Below are positions 38,300-51,782 of a stretch of DNA of 64,000 nucleotides, piece by piece (the stretch's first letter is position 1; the number at the start of each line of letters is the position of its first letter). The position numbers were made by a program, and so were the translations under genes. The stretch is taken from assembly GCA_047967505.1 (NCBI GenBank), contig CM106538.1; one strand, given 5' to 3'. The notes beneath the pieces were generated by a model. That model was not told the DNA's origin, searched no databases, and saw nothing but the letters and a program-made list of their open reading frames with translations. This stretch comes from Dipteris shenzhenensis (Eukaryota).

Positions 38300-39960
38300 A
38301 TTTTGTGTACTCACATAACAATTTGCATAAATAGAACCCCTTGCAACACACTTTCATTCCCACATCGCTAATCATGAAATGAGTTCACATCCCTTGGACT
38401 ACATACATTATCCTCATGCACCATTGTCACACACATACAAACTCATCTGCAAGCTCCATGGCCATGGTGTAGCATTTTCAACAATCGCAAAGCAATGCCA
38501 AGCCTAAAGAACATTTGACCCAAGAGTTGACAACCTCCTCATCAAGACCCCCCCTCAAGTCAAATCATGCCTAATCAAAGCTACATGACCATTGATACAG
38601 TTGAGTCCTTACAACTTGTGTGGCCACCCATCATGTATGCTCTTTCCAATGCCGCACGACCCTTTCTCAAGCAAAGAGGACTATAAAATGTGTTCATATG
38701 CCTATGAATCCTAAATGAAACTCTTATTATAATCTTTGGTGTTGATGTCATTTGCTCCAAAGACTCCTGCCATTAGGGATGCGTTGCTTTTTGTCATTCT
38801 AGGAAATTGTGAAGCATCACTGCTTGTAGAAGAAGCCCTAGATCAAGGTACACCAACTTGCAGATCCGGATCCTATAACTGCAAGTTCTACCTCCTTCAA
38901 TCACAGTCGTAATACTCCAATAATAACTATGCAGTCTAATCTTCGGGTGTTGCCACCAGAATGGTTGGATTGCCTCGTGAACTGCTCTCAATGACTTCAG
39001 ATCCATTGTGCTCGGATTCTCCCTCGACAGTGGGAGATTCAACCGGCTCATTATGCTCGGATCCTTATTAATTACAAATACTACTACTTCAAAAACTGGC
39101 GTTGGATATGGATTACAAAGTTTCTTTGGTTGCATTGGTGCCTGATACGGATTTTGGAACACGTTGTATCCGAATATATTGTTGAAAGGGGCTCCTGTTT
39201 TGAAATTGCTAGATGTGCCAAATTTGGAATCTATACAACCTCTATTTTTTGGTCTTTTTTCAATTGCTGATGTGAACCCAAAGCTCTGCATTCGGCATTA
39301 TCTATGTTCAAAGCCTTTCCAAGTCTACTTTAATTGATTTGTTGCCATGGCCTTATTAGGTGGAAGACCACTTCAAACCATGCTCAATCAAAGGATTCTT
39401 CTTCATCTAGGGAAAAGAGTCACTCGCCCTGCAAATTTTGTATTCTCTTGTCATCTCCTCATTCATTGGGCTGCTTGCATCATTTGCAATGGTCGATTTG
39501 CTCATGGGCTTGATGCTTTATCTAAGTTTCTAGTTCTTTAAAGAAATCCCCCTTCCATTCTAGCGATGATGCCTTTAGACAATACGGCTGAGTCATTTCA
39601 TTCAAAGCTGTTGGAAAATCTGACTTTCATCAGCATGCCTTATCAAGCTCTAGAATTGATGCTTTGATAAAAAACGGTTGAATTATAGCCACAACTTCCT
39701 TTGCAAATGCTACCTTTGCCAAACGGCTAGCTCTCTGTCTGCAGATTTGGTGCAGATTTTCAAGGACATCTTTGCTAGCTCTTGAGACGGATTCTTAATC
39801 GCATCCATGTACATTAGTGTTGTGAGATCTTCTGAGGTCTTCAAATACTCAATCAAGATGATGGATGTAGGCTCGTACCAAAAGCTTATGTTATGTTTCT
39901 GTATATGAAGGATCACCATTGAATTCAAGACCATAGATTTCATCTTCAAAGTGTGGAATG
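38300..39960 (-). mobile_element. Highly degraded LTR-retrotransposon gag/protease-like debris
   Basis: Only weak motifs ('MELAD' protease-like at ~38450, gag-like helices at 39700-39960). Confidence 0.3.
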
Positions 39961-40805
39961 TCACGATGTTGTCTCGCCCCTAGTTCCTGCCTCCCTCAAC
40001 TCTTCCTCTCTCTCGCCCTTGCTACCAATGGGCCTCAATCTGGTGAGGGATATTGTCGACGTTTCAAACCTCCTACCCCACAGAGCCCTCCTTCATCGTC
40101 TAGATCCTGGAGATTATGTCTCTCTTGAGCTAATCGAGGTCTTGTGAGCCTTGTGCTTGGAGTTAACGGGAAGGGCGGTTCAAGAGGGGAGTGACTGCAT
40201 CTAGAAGAAGGGTTCAAGGAGGGTTCAAGACGAGAGTGATTGCAGAAGAACTGCTCAAGAAGGGTTGGAGAGGGGAGTGATTGTAGAAGCAGAGGAGAAG
40301 ATAGAAGGATGGAAGACATCGAGGAGGATGGGAGGTTCGTGGCATCGCAGAGATGACCCCTGGCTAGAGGGAAGGGGAGGGCGTACAAAGGGATCGATTT
40401 GCATGGCATAGCCGAGCTTGGAGGTGGAAAGGTGAAAGCGGATCGCCAAATGCCAACCGTTGTAACCACAAACACCTTTGCATGATTCACAACTAGATAG
40501 ATCTAATCTAATTACTCACAACTACATCGATCTAATCTAAGGAATAGGATTCTTTTCATCCAACGATTCAAAACGCTCTAATAGCATATGCTATATGGGC
40601 ACGTGGCTAGCCCCTTGATGGACACCTCGATCCTTAAAATAAGGAATAATAATAATAATAATAATATAATAAAAGAGAAATATAAGAGAAGTTGCCATTT
40701 CTAACAATTCTACAGACATCTCAACACTACAAATTTGTACTGTAAGACGCTGTCACGCTGTTTTCAGTCTTCGGTTAAAATTCATATACTGGAATTGTTC
40801 AACGA

Positions 40806-42098
40806 ATGGGTACTCACGAGTTGAAGCCCAATTTTCAAATCGGACAGGAAAGAGGACTTGTTGCGTTTCCCAACTCTCCTCCGATGAGCTTGAACAATTC
40901 GTATTGGACTCGAACGGATGCCTCTTTCGCTGGCTGCCTTCCGGATGCCCACAATGCTCTTCAAACCCTTCCTCTGTCTGATGGGTCGCTGCAGCCCGCA
41001 GCAATAGGCACCGACACTGCTTTTCCTTCCTCCAGTATTGGGAGAATGCCTGACTTCCGTCCTCATGGAGACCCACAACGCTTCAAACGTAGGAAGGAAG
41101 ACATTACCGAGAATGGCCACCAGCTTTCTTCCGGATGCTCTCCTACTTCCAGAAATTCTTCTTCCTCATTGCAACAGAATCAGCAACTTACCCAGCAGTG
41201 CTCTTCAAATCCCATGCAAAGTGTCTATCCTAGTCCTTCCAGATTGTCTATGGAAGGCGCTCCCAGAAGCCCTATTCAGAGGCCCATAGCCAGCTTTCAG
41301 GGCTTGCAAATGCCGCCGCAGAATACGCATTGGCAGGGGTTTCCTGTTCAAAATCTTCAGGCTCCGCATCCTAGTGCATTTCATGAACCGAGCCAGCAAT
41401 CTTCAGAATTGGCCTCAAGGCGACTTGCAGTACGGTCTTGGGGAAGTAGACCCTTGTCTGTTGTCGACCCTCAGATACACGATATAATGGAAAGAGAGAA
41501 AACTAGGCAGTGGAAAGGAATTGAACTTATAGCCTCGGAAAATTTTACATCCCAAGCGGTGATGGAGGCTCTGGGTAGCCATCTTACAAACAAGTATTCT
41601 GAAGGGATGCCCGGAGCACGGTATTACGGTGGGAACGAGTACATCGACCAGATTGAGACCCTCTGTCGGGAGCGTGCCTTAGCAGCCTTCCATGTAGATG
41701 CAGAGTCATGGGGTGTTAACGTGCAGCCTTACTCATGCACGTCTGCAAATTTTGCAGTGTACACAGGCCTCCTGCAGCCAAAGGATCGAATTATGGGCCT
41801 CGATTCTCCCTCTGGGGGACACCTCAGCCACGGATATTACACTTCCAGTGGGAAAAAGGTTTCTGGCGCCTCCATTTTTTTTGAGAGCTTGCCCTACAAA
41901 GTGAACCCACAAACAGGCTACATTGACTTTGAGAAGCTGGAGGAAAGGGCTCTGGATTTTCGTCCAAAGATTATTATCTGTGGTGGTAGTGCATATCCTC
42001 GAGAATGGGATTATGCCAAGTTTCGCCAAATTGCAGACAAGGCTGGTGCCATCCTAATGTGTGACATGGCTCATATCAGTGGCCTTGTTGCAGCTCAG
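40806..42098 (+). CDS. SHMT: Serine hydroxymethyltransferase, SHM6/SHM7-type, exon 1 (long low-complexity N-terminal extension)
   Basis: '[64 protein letters not shown]', then GT donor at 42099. Confidence 0.95.
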
Positions 42099-42204
42099 GT
42101 ATTAAAGGCGTTCGACTTCTGTAAGTTCTTGACGTGAATATTTTATATTAAAGGGCAATTTTGTTATTATTGTTCCTTGATCACCATTGTCAGTGTTTGA
42201 ATAG

Positions 42205-42610
42205 GAATGTGCCAGCCCATTTGACTTCTGTGACATTGTTACTTCGACTACTCATAAGAGCCTGCGGGGACCACGTGGAGGAATAATCTTCTACAGAAAA
42301 GGCCAGAAACAAAAGAGGCGAGGTCCTTCTCCTTATGTTGTTGATGACAATGAGCTATATGATTATGAGGACCGAATAAATTTCGCTGTCTTCCCGTCGC
42401 TGCAAGGTGGGCCTCATAACAATCACATTGCAGCATTGGCAGTTTCTCTGAAGCAAGTGTCCACTCCTGAGTACAAAGCTTACATTCAGCAAGTGAAGAA
42501 GAATGCCCAAGCACTTGCGGCAGCCTTGCAAAGAAGAGGGTGTAAATTGGTAACAGATGGAACGGACAATCATTTAATGCTCTGGGATCTTCGCCCACAT
42601 GGGCTTACAG
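42205..42610 (+). CDS. SHMT: SHMT exon 2 (contains the PLP-binding Lys)
   Basis: AG acceptor at 42203-42204; '[69 protein letters not shown]'; GT donor at 42611. Confidence 0.95.
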
Positions 42611-43109
42611 GTGAAATCTATACCTTGCCAATGCCACAGGGGGGAGAATTTCTGTAGTGTGCATGATGAATTGCGTAGAAGAATCAGCAGTAACAGTTGT
42701 GAATTTTCTCTGAGCAACATTCAAAAAGTTGAATATTGACTCTCTTCGTTAGTGTGTATGCTCTTGTAAAATTCAAGCTGTATAATTCTCACATGTTGCT
42801 TGAATTTTAATGCTTTTGGAAGATCTTGTGATCTTGTGCACACTCAAGTTAATGTAAGCTCTGACAAGCCATTTGAGCAATAAAGTCAAAATGTTTGCCG
42901 TGCGTGGATAAATGAGGGCCTATCGTATGAAAATGGACAGTAAACAGGACCGTATCTGTCTTCCAAAATTTTGGTAAAGTTAAAGTCACCTGAAGCATGC
43001 CTTCCAAAAATAGATGCATCCAAATAACATGGTTTTTAATATGGAGACTATGCCATATACTTGTGCTGACTTCAACATGAATCTGATTTTTCTGTGCTTG
43101 TCCAAAATC

Positions 43110-43478
43110 CTTGTCCGCCCACAGAAGATTAAGCGGTTGATACCCTAACCAAACCTCTTGCTAGAACTAAGCAAGAGAAGTTTTCCAACCTAATGGGCGT
43201 GAAGCGTTATCCATTATTCATTAAGGGGGAGTGTTGGAAAAAGTGATGATTTATGGAGTTAGCTCACTAAATTACCTTGGGAGTAATTTTGGGTTAGAGT
43301 GTAGTGTGTAGACCTTAGATCCTAGGTTAGGACATCTATGATGTTATGTCATGGATAAGGGTTAGAGTTTTTAAAGGGGCTAGATGATGTTGCAGGCCCC
43401 CAATACATCTATCACGGATGAAAGGTATGGTCCCATGGCACCAATCGCGTACCCCTACTATAAATAGGTTTTTTTGGC

Positions 43479-43516
<38 letters not shown>

Positions 43517-43530
43517 GCACGCACACACAC
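43110..43530 (+). mobile_element. Copia 3' end remnant (RNase H tail + PPT + start of LTR) in SHMT intron 2
   Basis: 'PTED*AVDTLTKPL..KF..LMGV', PPT 'TTAAGGGGGAG' then TGTTGG at 43232, TATA 'CTATAAATA' at ~43457. The LTR probably resumes after 45157. Confidence 0.75.
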
Positions 43531-45156
43531 TTTTTTTTTTGTTGTGAAACCAGTAACTATATTATTAACATGAGATCAATGTACATGACATTAGACTCCA
43601 AAAGAGAGCCTAATGGAAGAACTCAAAAACAGTCAGAAAAGACTTCAAGGCTAGTAGCATCTAGGTCCCTCGCGGCATAACTATCATATAGAGATTGCTT
43701 GAGGGACATTCTGAAGAAAGCATATGCCTGAGGAAACTGTTGTCCCATCCTAGAATGCAATCTCTGTGTCCAAATAGTCCATAGTACCCAAAAATGAACC
43801 CAGTGAAAGAAAAGGAGGAATGGAGACATTTGAGCTGAGGATCATTTAAACATCCAGAAGAGTTTCCCGAATCTGATAGAGGGAAACTGAAGCCGCAGCA
43901 AATGAGAGACATGAGTGATCAATATCTGAGAGTGCGGGCAAGACCATAACAAATAGGGAACTGTCTCATGGTGATGAGAACACGGGGGTAGGAAGGGGAA
44001 GCAATGCGACGTGCTGCCAATTTCACCCCAATAGAAAAAGCTGCCACAATACATTTCCAAAAGAAAAGCCTTTGTTTCAATGGCAATTTAGCTTTCCAAA
44101 TTTCCAAATACCTCTCCAAAAGAAAAGCCTCTGTTTCAATGGCATTTAGGGTATCCCATTGGCTGGAATATCACCCCTCAACGACAGCTCAAATGGGTGC
44201 TTCAAAAGATAAACAAGAAGCTGGAATACTGGCATTTGTCCACTTGGCCTCTACATGTTCGACTTTGGATAGTACAGTCTATCATCATGGCATATGTGCA
44301 ATTTTATTTGCCGCTTCTTCCCTGGTCTTTCAAGCATTTGCCCTCCTATATGTCCCAGGCTATGGAGATATTTTGGAAAAGCAAATCTCGCAAAAAGGCT
44401 TTGCGATTACTTCCAATGCAGTCTGTTTGTTCTCCCAAGACTCATGGGGGACTGAATATTCTCAATCTTCAGTTTCATATGTTGGCAAGAAAGAGCACCA
44501 TGATTGCTGATTTTTTTCAGCAAAAACAGCCATGGGCTATTATGCTAGCAGCTATGTGTGGTAACATGAAGTCCCATGCATATGGGCATTGGATTACAGA
44601 TCACTGGGAAGCAGTCATGTCCACATTTCAGGGGAAAATTCCTGGTTGTCCTGTTTCTACTGCTTTTATTCATGATTGGAAGAGAATTTTCTCTTATGCT
44701 AAATGGTCAGGTGCTTCTTCCCATCATGGTAATTCTCTTCGCTTGGAAAGCATCCATTGGAGCAAGGTGTTTGAATCTCCTCTTGCTTTACAGGCTCCTA
44801 TTAAAGCATATAATCTCTGAAATTGGGCATAAGATTTGTTGGAGATGTTGTGGATCAACATGGTCATGTGCTTTCATTTCCACAAGCTTGCAGGACATTC
44901 CCCTTGGGTCTGCATCATAGGCCCATTTGGAGAATACTTACAGTTATGTTGCAGCCATTTGTTCCTGTTCCTCCACTGTTTGTACAGGACAGATTACTGG
45001 ACTGGAATGTGACTTCCTTATCTCCCGATATTTGCTCACTTTCAATGCATAATCTGGCCTCCTCGATGGTTTACAGATTTCTTCTTCCACCGCCATGGAT
45101 TGATAAGCATGCCAACACGCTTTGGAATTTGGATAGACCTTTATCTTGGTGGCAAT
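43531..45156 (-). mobile_element. 5'-truncated L1-type LINE with inverted 5' segment
   Basis: Poly(T)10 at 43531-43540 (poly-A tail on -). Minus segment 44115-43600 encodes zf-RVT 'EIWKAKLPLKQRLFFWK..ETVPYLLWSCP'. Plus segment 44144-45156 encodes the preceding ORF2 region 'LGYPIG..VCSPKTHGGLNILNL..NTLWNLDRPLSWWQ'. Confidence 0.85.
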
Positions 45157-45555
45157 CACAACACGCACACGCGCGCACACACACACACACATGCACGCAC
45201 ATGCACATGCACTTGCACAAACACAAACACAAACACAGGCATGCACACACAATTATTTTCTTCTTTGATATTTTGTTGATGTATTTTGGTGTTTGGATTG
45301 GGATTCGCTTTACCCAAAAGGTTTTGGAATCTATCAAAACCCCGTGGCAATCTGGTTCTAGTAAGAACATAAGCTTTCCATACTAAGTTATATTTTCTTC
45401 TCTTTTCTTACTTTTTGCTTTATTTTATGTCTCTTTAAAACCCCCTTCTTCCCTTTCTCCCTTTTTCTCTCCCCCTCCCTTCTCTCATTGTTCTTTCGTT
45501 CATCTTACGAACATTCCAATGTGTAAGGTTGCATCTATTATAGTTATATATATAT

Positions 45556-45587
<32 letters not shown>

Positions 45588-45604
45588 ATGTGTGTGTGTG
45601 TGTG

Positions 45605-45637
<33 letters not shown>

Positions 45638-45656
45638 ATCTATATATATATATATA
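45157..45656. repeat. Compound microsatellites (CA)n, (TG)n, (TC)n, (TA)n
   Basis: Direct inspection at 45157-45250 and 45545-45656. Confidence 0.9.
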
Positions 45657-46329
45657 AGTTTCAATGTGAAGGTTCTTGTTGGCAAAAGAAAGTTCAGCCA
45701 TTTGAGGGTTTATCCTTTGTGATTTGTCTCAAGAGCTCGTTAAGTAAACTCTCATTATATCTTCAGTCTAGTTGAAATATTGTCAAAGGCCTTTAATATT
45801 GTACTTGAGGGCATTGAGTGGCATAGATGTTAGTGTTGACGAAGGATGTGGACTGGATTAAATGATTGAGAAAAATTGGTTGTGAGTCAATTTCCCAGTC
45901 TTAAATTGTACCTTGCCCAGCAACCTTGGTGGTTATAGAATTGATAGTGACTATTGTGTTGTTCAAGAAGCTAGGCATGGTATTCTCAGTTGCCCCCACC
46001 ATCACCCTTTGTTCGGCCAATAGTTCACTGAGGTTCTTGTTGAGGAATTCAAGAATTAGAATCTGCATGATGACGTTGGACAAGGCATAGTCATACATTT
46101 CTATTAGTTGCTTGATTGTGAATAGTGTTTGATGTCAAATGCTGACCTAGAATAAGGCCTAGTCATACATTTCATTGTTTTCCAATGGTTTCATAGTTGC
46201 TGTTGGTATGTTTGGTGTGTTGCCATACCCAAAATGGCAAACACTTGACTTGTATCCAAAGAGCCTCTAATATAAACGTAACCTGTATCCAAGCAGCCTT
46301 TAATATATGTCATTTATTTGTTTTTGTAG

Positions 46330-46431
46330 GGAATCGTTTTGAGAAAGTCTGCGAACAATGCCACATGACACTTAACAAGAATGCCGTTTTTGGAAGTAGT
46401 GGTGCTTTTGCTCCCGGAGGAGTCAGGATTG
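46330..46431 (+). CDS. SHMT: SHMT exon 3
   Basis: TTTTTGTAG acceptor; '(G)[33 protein letters not shown](G)'; GTAAAT donor at 46432; phase 1 matches exon 2. Confidence 0.92.
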
Positions 46432-47430
46432 GTAAATTTTCAACTTGTAAATGGTAGCTTACCTTTTTGTTTATTGTCCTTTTTGACATTCATGTAGACA
46501 TGGAAGTATACTTCTCTTCTTCTCTTTCTATGTAAAGATGGCTTTATTTGAGGCAATGTGAGTAGGCTGTAAGCCCCTGATTTATATCAGTCTACTTAAA
46601 ATTTCTGTCTTTGATATGTCAATTGATTTGATCCGAGCTGCGGCTATGTGTAAGGTTGGCCTACAGTTTCCTTGTCTAGTCAATTTTTGAAATTCTGTGA
46701 GGCTTTGGCTAAGAGTGAAAGTTTCAGCTTTTGCTATCTAACTCATATAATTGACCCACAAGCTTAAAAATGGTGGATTTTATTGGGGAATTGCTATTAG
46801 AGAGATGAAACTAACCATGCTTATTTGGGACAGTCCTTGTTTTTTTGCAATTGGGAAGACGGATTGAACTAGGCAATGCTCATTTGGAGTAGTTCTGTGA
46901 TTAGGCGCCACTTTAAAATCTCAAAGGCTTGGTTGGACTCTTCATTCCATAAGAATTCCACCATCAATGATCACCTTTGATTTAACAACTCCATTGTAGA
47001 TGAGTGCATACTTGCGAGTGATACGGCCTCTTGGAAGTTTGATTCGATCCTCCGTATCAGGGTTTGGGCTTCGTCGGGGCGAGGACCCATAGCTGCAACA
47101 TAGGAAAAGCACTAGCCTTCTGAACACTCTACAATTTATTATCTATGATGAGAGGTGTTGCACGAGAAAGATTCATACCGTCATCATTCCTCGCACTCGA
47201 ATACATATCAGATCTATTAGAAGCAAATGTATACAGAGTGGATATAGAAGGTTTCAACCTGCCTAAATGAGGAATTGCCTTTGAATAGGGCATGGTTGCC
47301 TTCCCATGGGATCGGGAAGGAAACGACCACTGAGGCAATTTCTATGGAAATATAGAATTGAGAAGATGAACAAGTAGACTTGGAAGTTTGCGTGTACGTT
47401 TCTCTGTGTATGTGTGCATATGTGTGTGTT

Positions 47431-47461
<31 letters not shown>

Positions 47462-47699
47462 GAAAGACATATTAACCTCTTTAGAAGGCCTCACGAACCT
47501 ATGAGACAGTACAAACACCAAAAAGTGGCTTACTACATCTGGATAACCAGAGAGTTGTGGGAATGCACAAAGCTCAGCTCTCTCGGGTTATTGTAGAGCA
47601 TAACTACATTCTAGTACTACAATAAAATGGCATGAATAACATCAGTTTAAGGCTGAGAGTCTTTGGGTTTGGATTTGAAGTGTCTAAGCAAATGCTTAC

Positions 47700-49100
47700 C
47701 CATCTTGATAGACCACCCATTTGCCTACTTTATGTGCTTCCTTCAGTTTAGTGAGTTCGACATTCCGTTGTTTGAGTTGGGTTGGATCGCTGCCTTCTCT
47801 TTGAAATGGATTTGTGCTTGTGTTCCCTTCTGAGTGATATCACGTATGTCATTCTCATCCCATTCGCCTGCGGTATTTCTTTCTTGAGGTATATGGTTTT
47901 TTCTTCTACATATTTCTGCTCATCATCCAAGTCAGTCGTTTGGCAACCCCTCAATGTGTAAGATCATCCTATTGTTGTTAGCACTTAAGTCTTGGTCTGG
48001 TATGGCCTTGTAGGCTAGTTAGGAGATTTAGTTCTAGTACACCTAGTTGGCATACGACATTTTAGTCCTTAGTTGACTAGTTGAGTTCTGGGCCATATTG
48101 GCCACTCTTGTGCAAGCACACTTCATTCCTGTAGCTTGGTGTTTGCTCCCTCGCATTCGAACTTGGTTCCCTTGCTTCCTGCACCCATCAGTGGTATCAA
48201 AATTTGCCAATTCGCCACCACAGCTCATCGCTCAGCACTCTATTTGTTGCCAAGCTTGAGCTGCTTGAGCTGTTCGTCGGCACATCATTAAACAAATACC
48301 TTGCTGGTTGAAAATCGTTGCCCACAATAGTTTGCTGGAAAATCATTGTCGCTGGTCAGCAGTGACACATTGGTTATCGCTATTGTCATCGTCCATACAA
48401 CAGATCCGCTGTGTTCTCATCTGTACCTTGTTAGCAGAGATCTTTACCGCCCGTTTGTTTGATGTCGTCCTTGTCTACATCTATGCCAGCACTGCACTCC
48501 GTACAGCTTCTACACATTGGGCTGCCATTTGACGTAGAAATTAAGTGCTGTCGTCCGTACAGCGCTAGCCCTGAGTTGTTCGTACTGCTCCACGTCCCCC
48601 GTACGTCTGTACACTTGTCAACAACTTTGAGATTTGCGTTGTCTGCCTGTACGTCATTTTGACGATTGTACCACAATGACTGCACCTTAATCTGAGTTGT
48701 GATTGCGGGATTGATCACTCATCTTGAGTGAGTTACCCACAAAATGTGCAGCCTTGTTTGACCCCTTTTTTAAAAATAGTTACTGTCTCACGCACCGTTG
48801 ATCTATTTGCCAAGGTCTTGCCAATTGTGTGAGGACTATTTTATGTATCTTGAGAGCTCTCTTTCCTAATGGAGAGAGATTTCAGCTTTGCTAGCCTCTC
48901 CTATTCTCAAAGGCTTTCTAGAACTCCCTAAAACAGGATTATTAGGCATTGTTCTTGCCCTCTGTTGGCGACTCTTCCAGGCTCTCTTTTATTCTAGTAA
49001 AGAAGATACATGTAAACTACTCGGTGCTTTTTATCAATTCAGACAACGGATTTTGCAGAGGCGTTTGAATGAAATGATTGCGAGTTGCCAAACACATATA
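47700..49100 (+). mobile_element. Possible Copia 5' remnant (LTR end, PBS-like, gag fragment)
   Basis: '..CCATCA|GTGGTATCAAA' at 48185-48201 resembles an LTR end + iMet PBS; 'IVLALCWRLFQALF..RILQ' is weakly gag(UBN2)-like. Confidence 0.4.
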
Positions 49101-49187
49101 CTTGAACTTAAGAGTTTGCAATTAAACTGGAATTAAGACTTAAACAGCTTAAACACAAAGTGACATCATTGGAAATTGCAATTTGAT

Positions 49188-51114
49188 TGAGGGGCCAAGA
49201 CGGCCCCCCGCCCCTTATCCAGGCTCACTTTATTCTTGAAAATGGAGATACAAGACCAAGGTGCAATGCACCTTCCAAACTGATGAACTCAGTGAAAACC
49301 TAGGACCTAGATACAAGACTCAAGAGCATATGTGCAAGGTAGACAACAAAAAGGAGGACTCCAAGCTCAGGTTTCAACTCTTGGCTTGCCCAATCCACAA
49401 GGAAGAAGCCTGCAACAATCACCACTTACATCCAACATTAGAGGCAAGCACTAGTTTCTAGAAAGATAGTAGAAACAACATGAAATAGTGCTGTAAATGA
49501 GATAAACTTGACAATACAGGCTCCCTTCGTGACTTGACCTTTTTGTAGATGAAGTCCTTGATGCCTCTGAAGCTACCTTGGGTGAGGAGAGTGTGGAAAT
49601 GGGGCTGGAATGAGAACAGCTTAGAAAAACAGCCTGTAGGCTAGAGAGAGAGCTTTTATGGAGTGATAGCTGTAGAGAGAGAGTGCCAATGCTGATCCCA
49701 AGGGAGGGGATGTAAGAGAGGAGCTGCTGCTGTTCCAGAGGTGCACAGAAAGGCAGATTTCTGCAAGGGGAATGGGCTGGAACAGTAGAGAGATAAATTT
49801 TGCAGTAGAGAGAGAAAGACTGCAGCAGGAGAGAGAAAGGGGCTGTGGCTGCTCCAGGCTAGGAGAAGGAGAGAGGATGCTACTGCTGTTCCAGAAGAGC
49901 TGAGAGGAGGCAGATTTCTGGAGAGGAGGGGTTGGAACTATAGAGAGAGAATGTGCTGCTGTAGAGAGAGCATAGTTGCACGAAACGGCCGTTTCGTGGC
50001 CGGAAACGGAAACGTCTTGAAGAAACGCCGTTTCGTAAAACCTGTTTTTGCCCTAAAGCCCCAAAGGCGTGATTTCGCCGCCTGGCTCCATCTTTCGCCG
50101 CCTCCCGCCCATTCCACTCCTCCTGTCCATCCTTGCTGCTCTCTCCACCTTCTCTAAGCTCTCTCCATCCCTCCATCCTTTGCTCTTGGATCAGTAGTCC
50201 TGCTGCTTTTTTTTATATCATCCATGGGTGCTTTTATTTTGAGTCTTGCATGACTCATGAGTCATGATCATGAAATTTGTGGATCATGAATCATGATCAT
50301 CTATGGAGTCTGGACATTGGATACTTTCAAGTTTCAAGTTTTAACTTGTGTGCTAAGTTTAAAGTACTTCAAACTTCTAAATTTCAGATTCTTGTAATGC
50401 CAAACTTGTTAGTCATGACTCATGATACATGTTGATTTCAGATTATTGAAGCATCATTCAAGAATTTAGAATCATAGAGGCATGAATGATGCATTGATGC
50501 TTGAAGGCTGAAGCTTCAAGTATAGATAATTGTAATTTATATTATGTATGATTTGCACTCTATTGATAATTATATTATGTATAAAAAATAAATTTTCATA
50601 CATAAATTGTATCATATTGCCGTTTCTTCCGTTTCCGTTTTGGCGGGGCTCGGAAACTCCGTTTCTTCCGTTTCTGTTTCGGCTGGTAACTATGAGAGAG
50701 AGAAAGTGTTGCTGAGGTGAGAGAATGGCCTGGGGAGAAGTTGGCTGCATCCAAGGAGCTGGAGAGGTTCTGCTGCATCAACCAAAAGGAGAGAGAAGAA
50801 AAGTGACGAATCTTTCATGTAGGGAATGAAGGGGAGAGGCCTTCTTTTATAGGCTCAGCCCCCCCCCCCTGGCCTAGAGTGGAAGGTGGACACTTGTCCC
50901 AGATTTTTGGTGGGCTGCAGTCCCAAAGAGGACAGCTCACAACCTGCCCCAAATCTACTAGATTTGGGGCCAGACACTTGGCCTGCATGCCTTGCCACTT
51001 GCCATGCATGCTGCCACATGTGTGGGACAGGTGGACTGACCTGCTAGCCCAGATTCCATGTGGCAGTTTGCCACGTGTCAGCTGCCACATGTCACTCCCA
51101 AAAACCCCTATCTA
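49188..51114 (-). mobile_element. Candidate ~1.9 kb solo LTR
   Basis: Ends TGAGGGG..CCCCTATCTA; flanks TTGAT/TTGAC (4/5 TSD match); minus-strand TATA 'CCTATAAAAG' at ~50843-50852 followed by a CT-rich tract; internal GA-rich and GAAACG repeats. Confidence 0.5.
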
Positions 51115-51782
51115 TTGACGTACTCTAAGGTCATAATTGAGCCATACTGAGCTCATTTGTTTGTCGTCTTATCTTGTATCTCCATTACTCTTGGCATGCT
51201 GCCAAGCCCACACCCAAAGCTCAGGGAACATTCTCTTGAATGGTTCCTAGGTCAGTATGCAATGTGTGCATTTGATTGGTCCCATGTTTGGGTGCTCAGG
51301 TGGGGTGTGGTTTCCAGATGTCCCTCTCAAAGAGAGGCCATCACTCTTGTGGGTCACTAATGCCCATAACCCCAAGCAAGGGGGTCCACCCTCAAATGTT
51401 AGACCTAGTCCCCATTGTCCGGAACTGAACAGTAGGAAAACTTTTCATTTCTTAATAAGCATATCATTGAAAAACAAAAAGAAATAGTACCAAGCAAGTG
51501 GATACATGTTGAAGCAGGATGACAATACAAGACCATGGCATTGGGAGAGGGCTTTTCCAATGCTTTACAGACTTAGCTCTTACCCCATGCTTTATAGATT
51601 AGAGACTAAACAATAGTACTTAGTCTATTCAACTCTAAACTCTTCTGCTTACAAACAACTCAGATTGCAAAACCTACTTCTTGGGGATTTGCTCTTTGAG
51701 GAGATGCATGCAATGCCTCTTTGACACAATGACAATGTATCTCAAGGTGTCTGTGTTGCTGCAATAGTACTTTGACTTGTTA

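Noticed and set aside
40581-40605. Palindrome ATAGCATATGCTAT and G-box CACGTG upstream of SHMT
   Set aside because: Short motifs expected by chance; no TSS evidence.
46940-47340. Possible SHMT last exon or other coding fragment
   Set aside because: No GTPAMT-like motif in the frames examined; only vague RT-like wording, insufficient to call.
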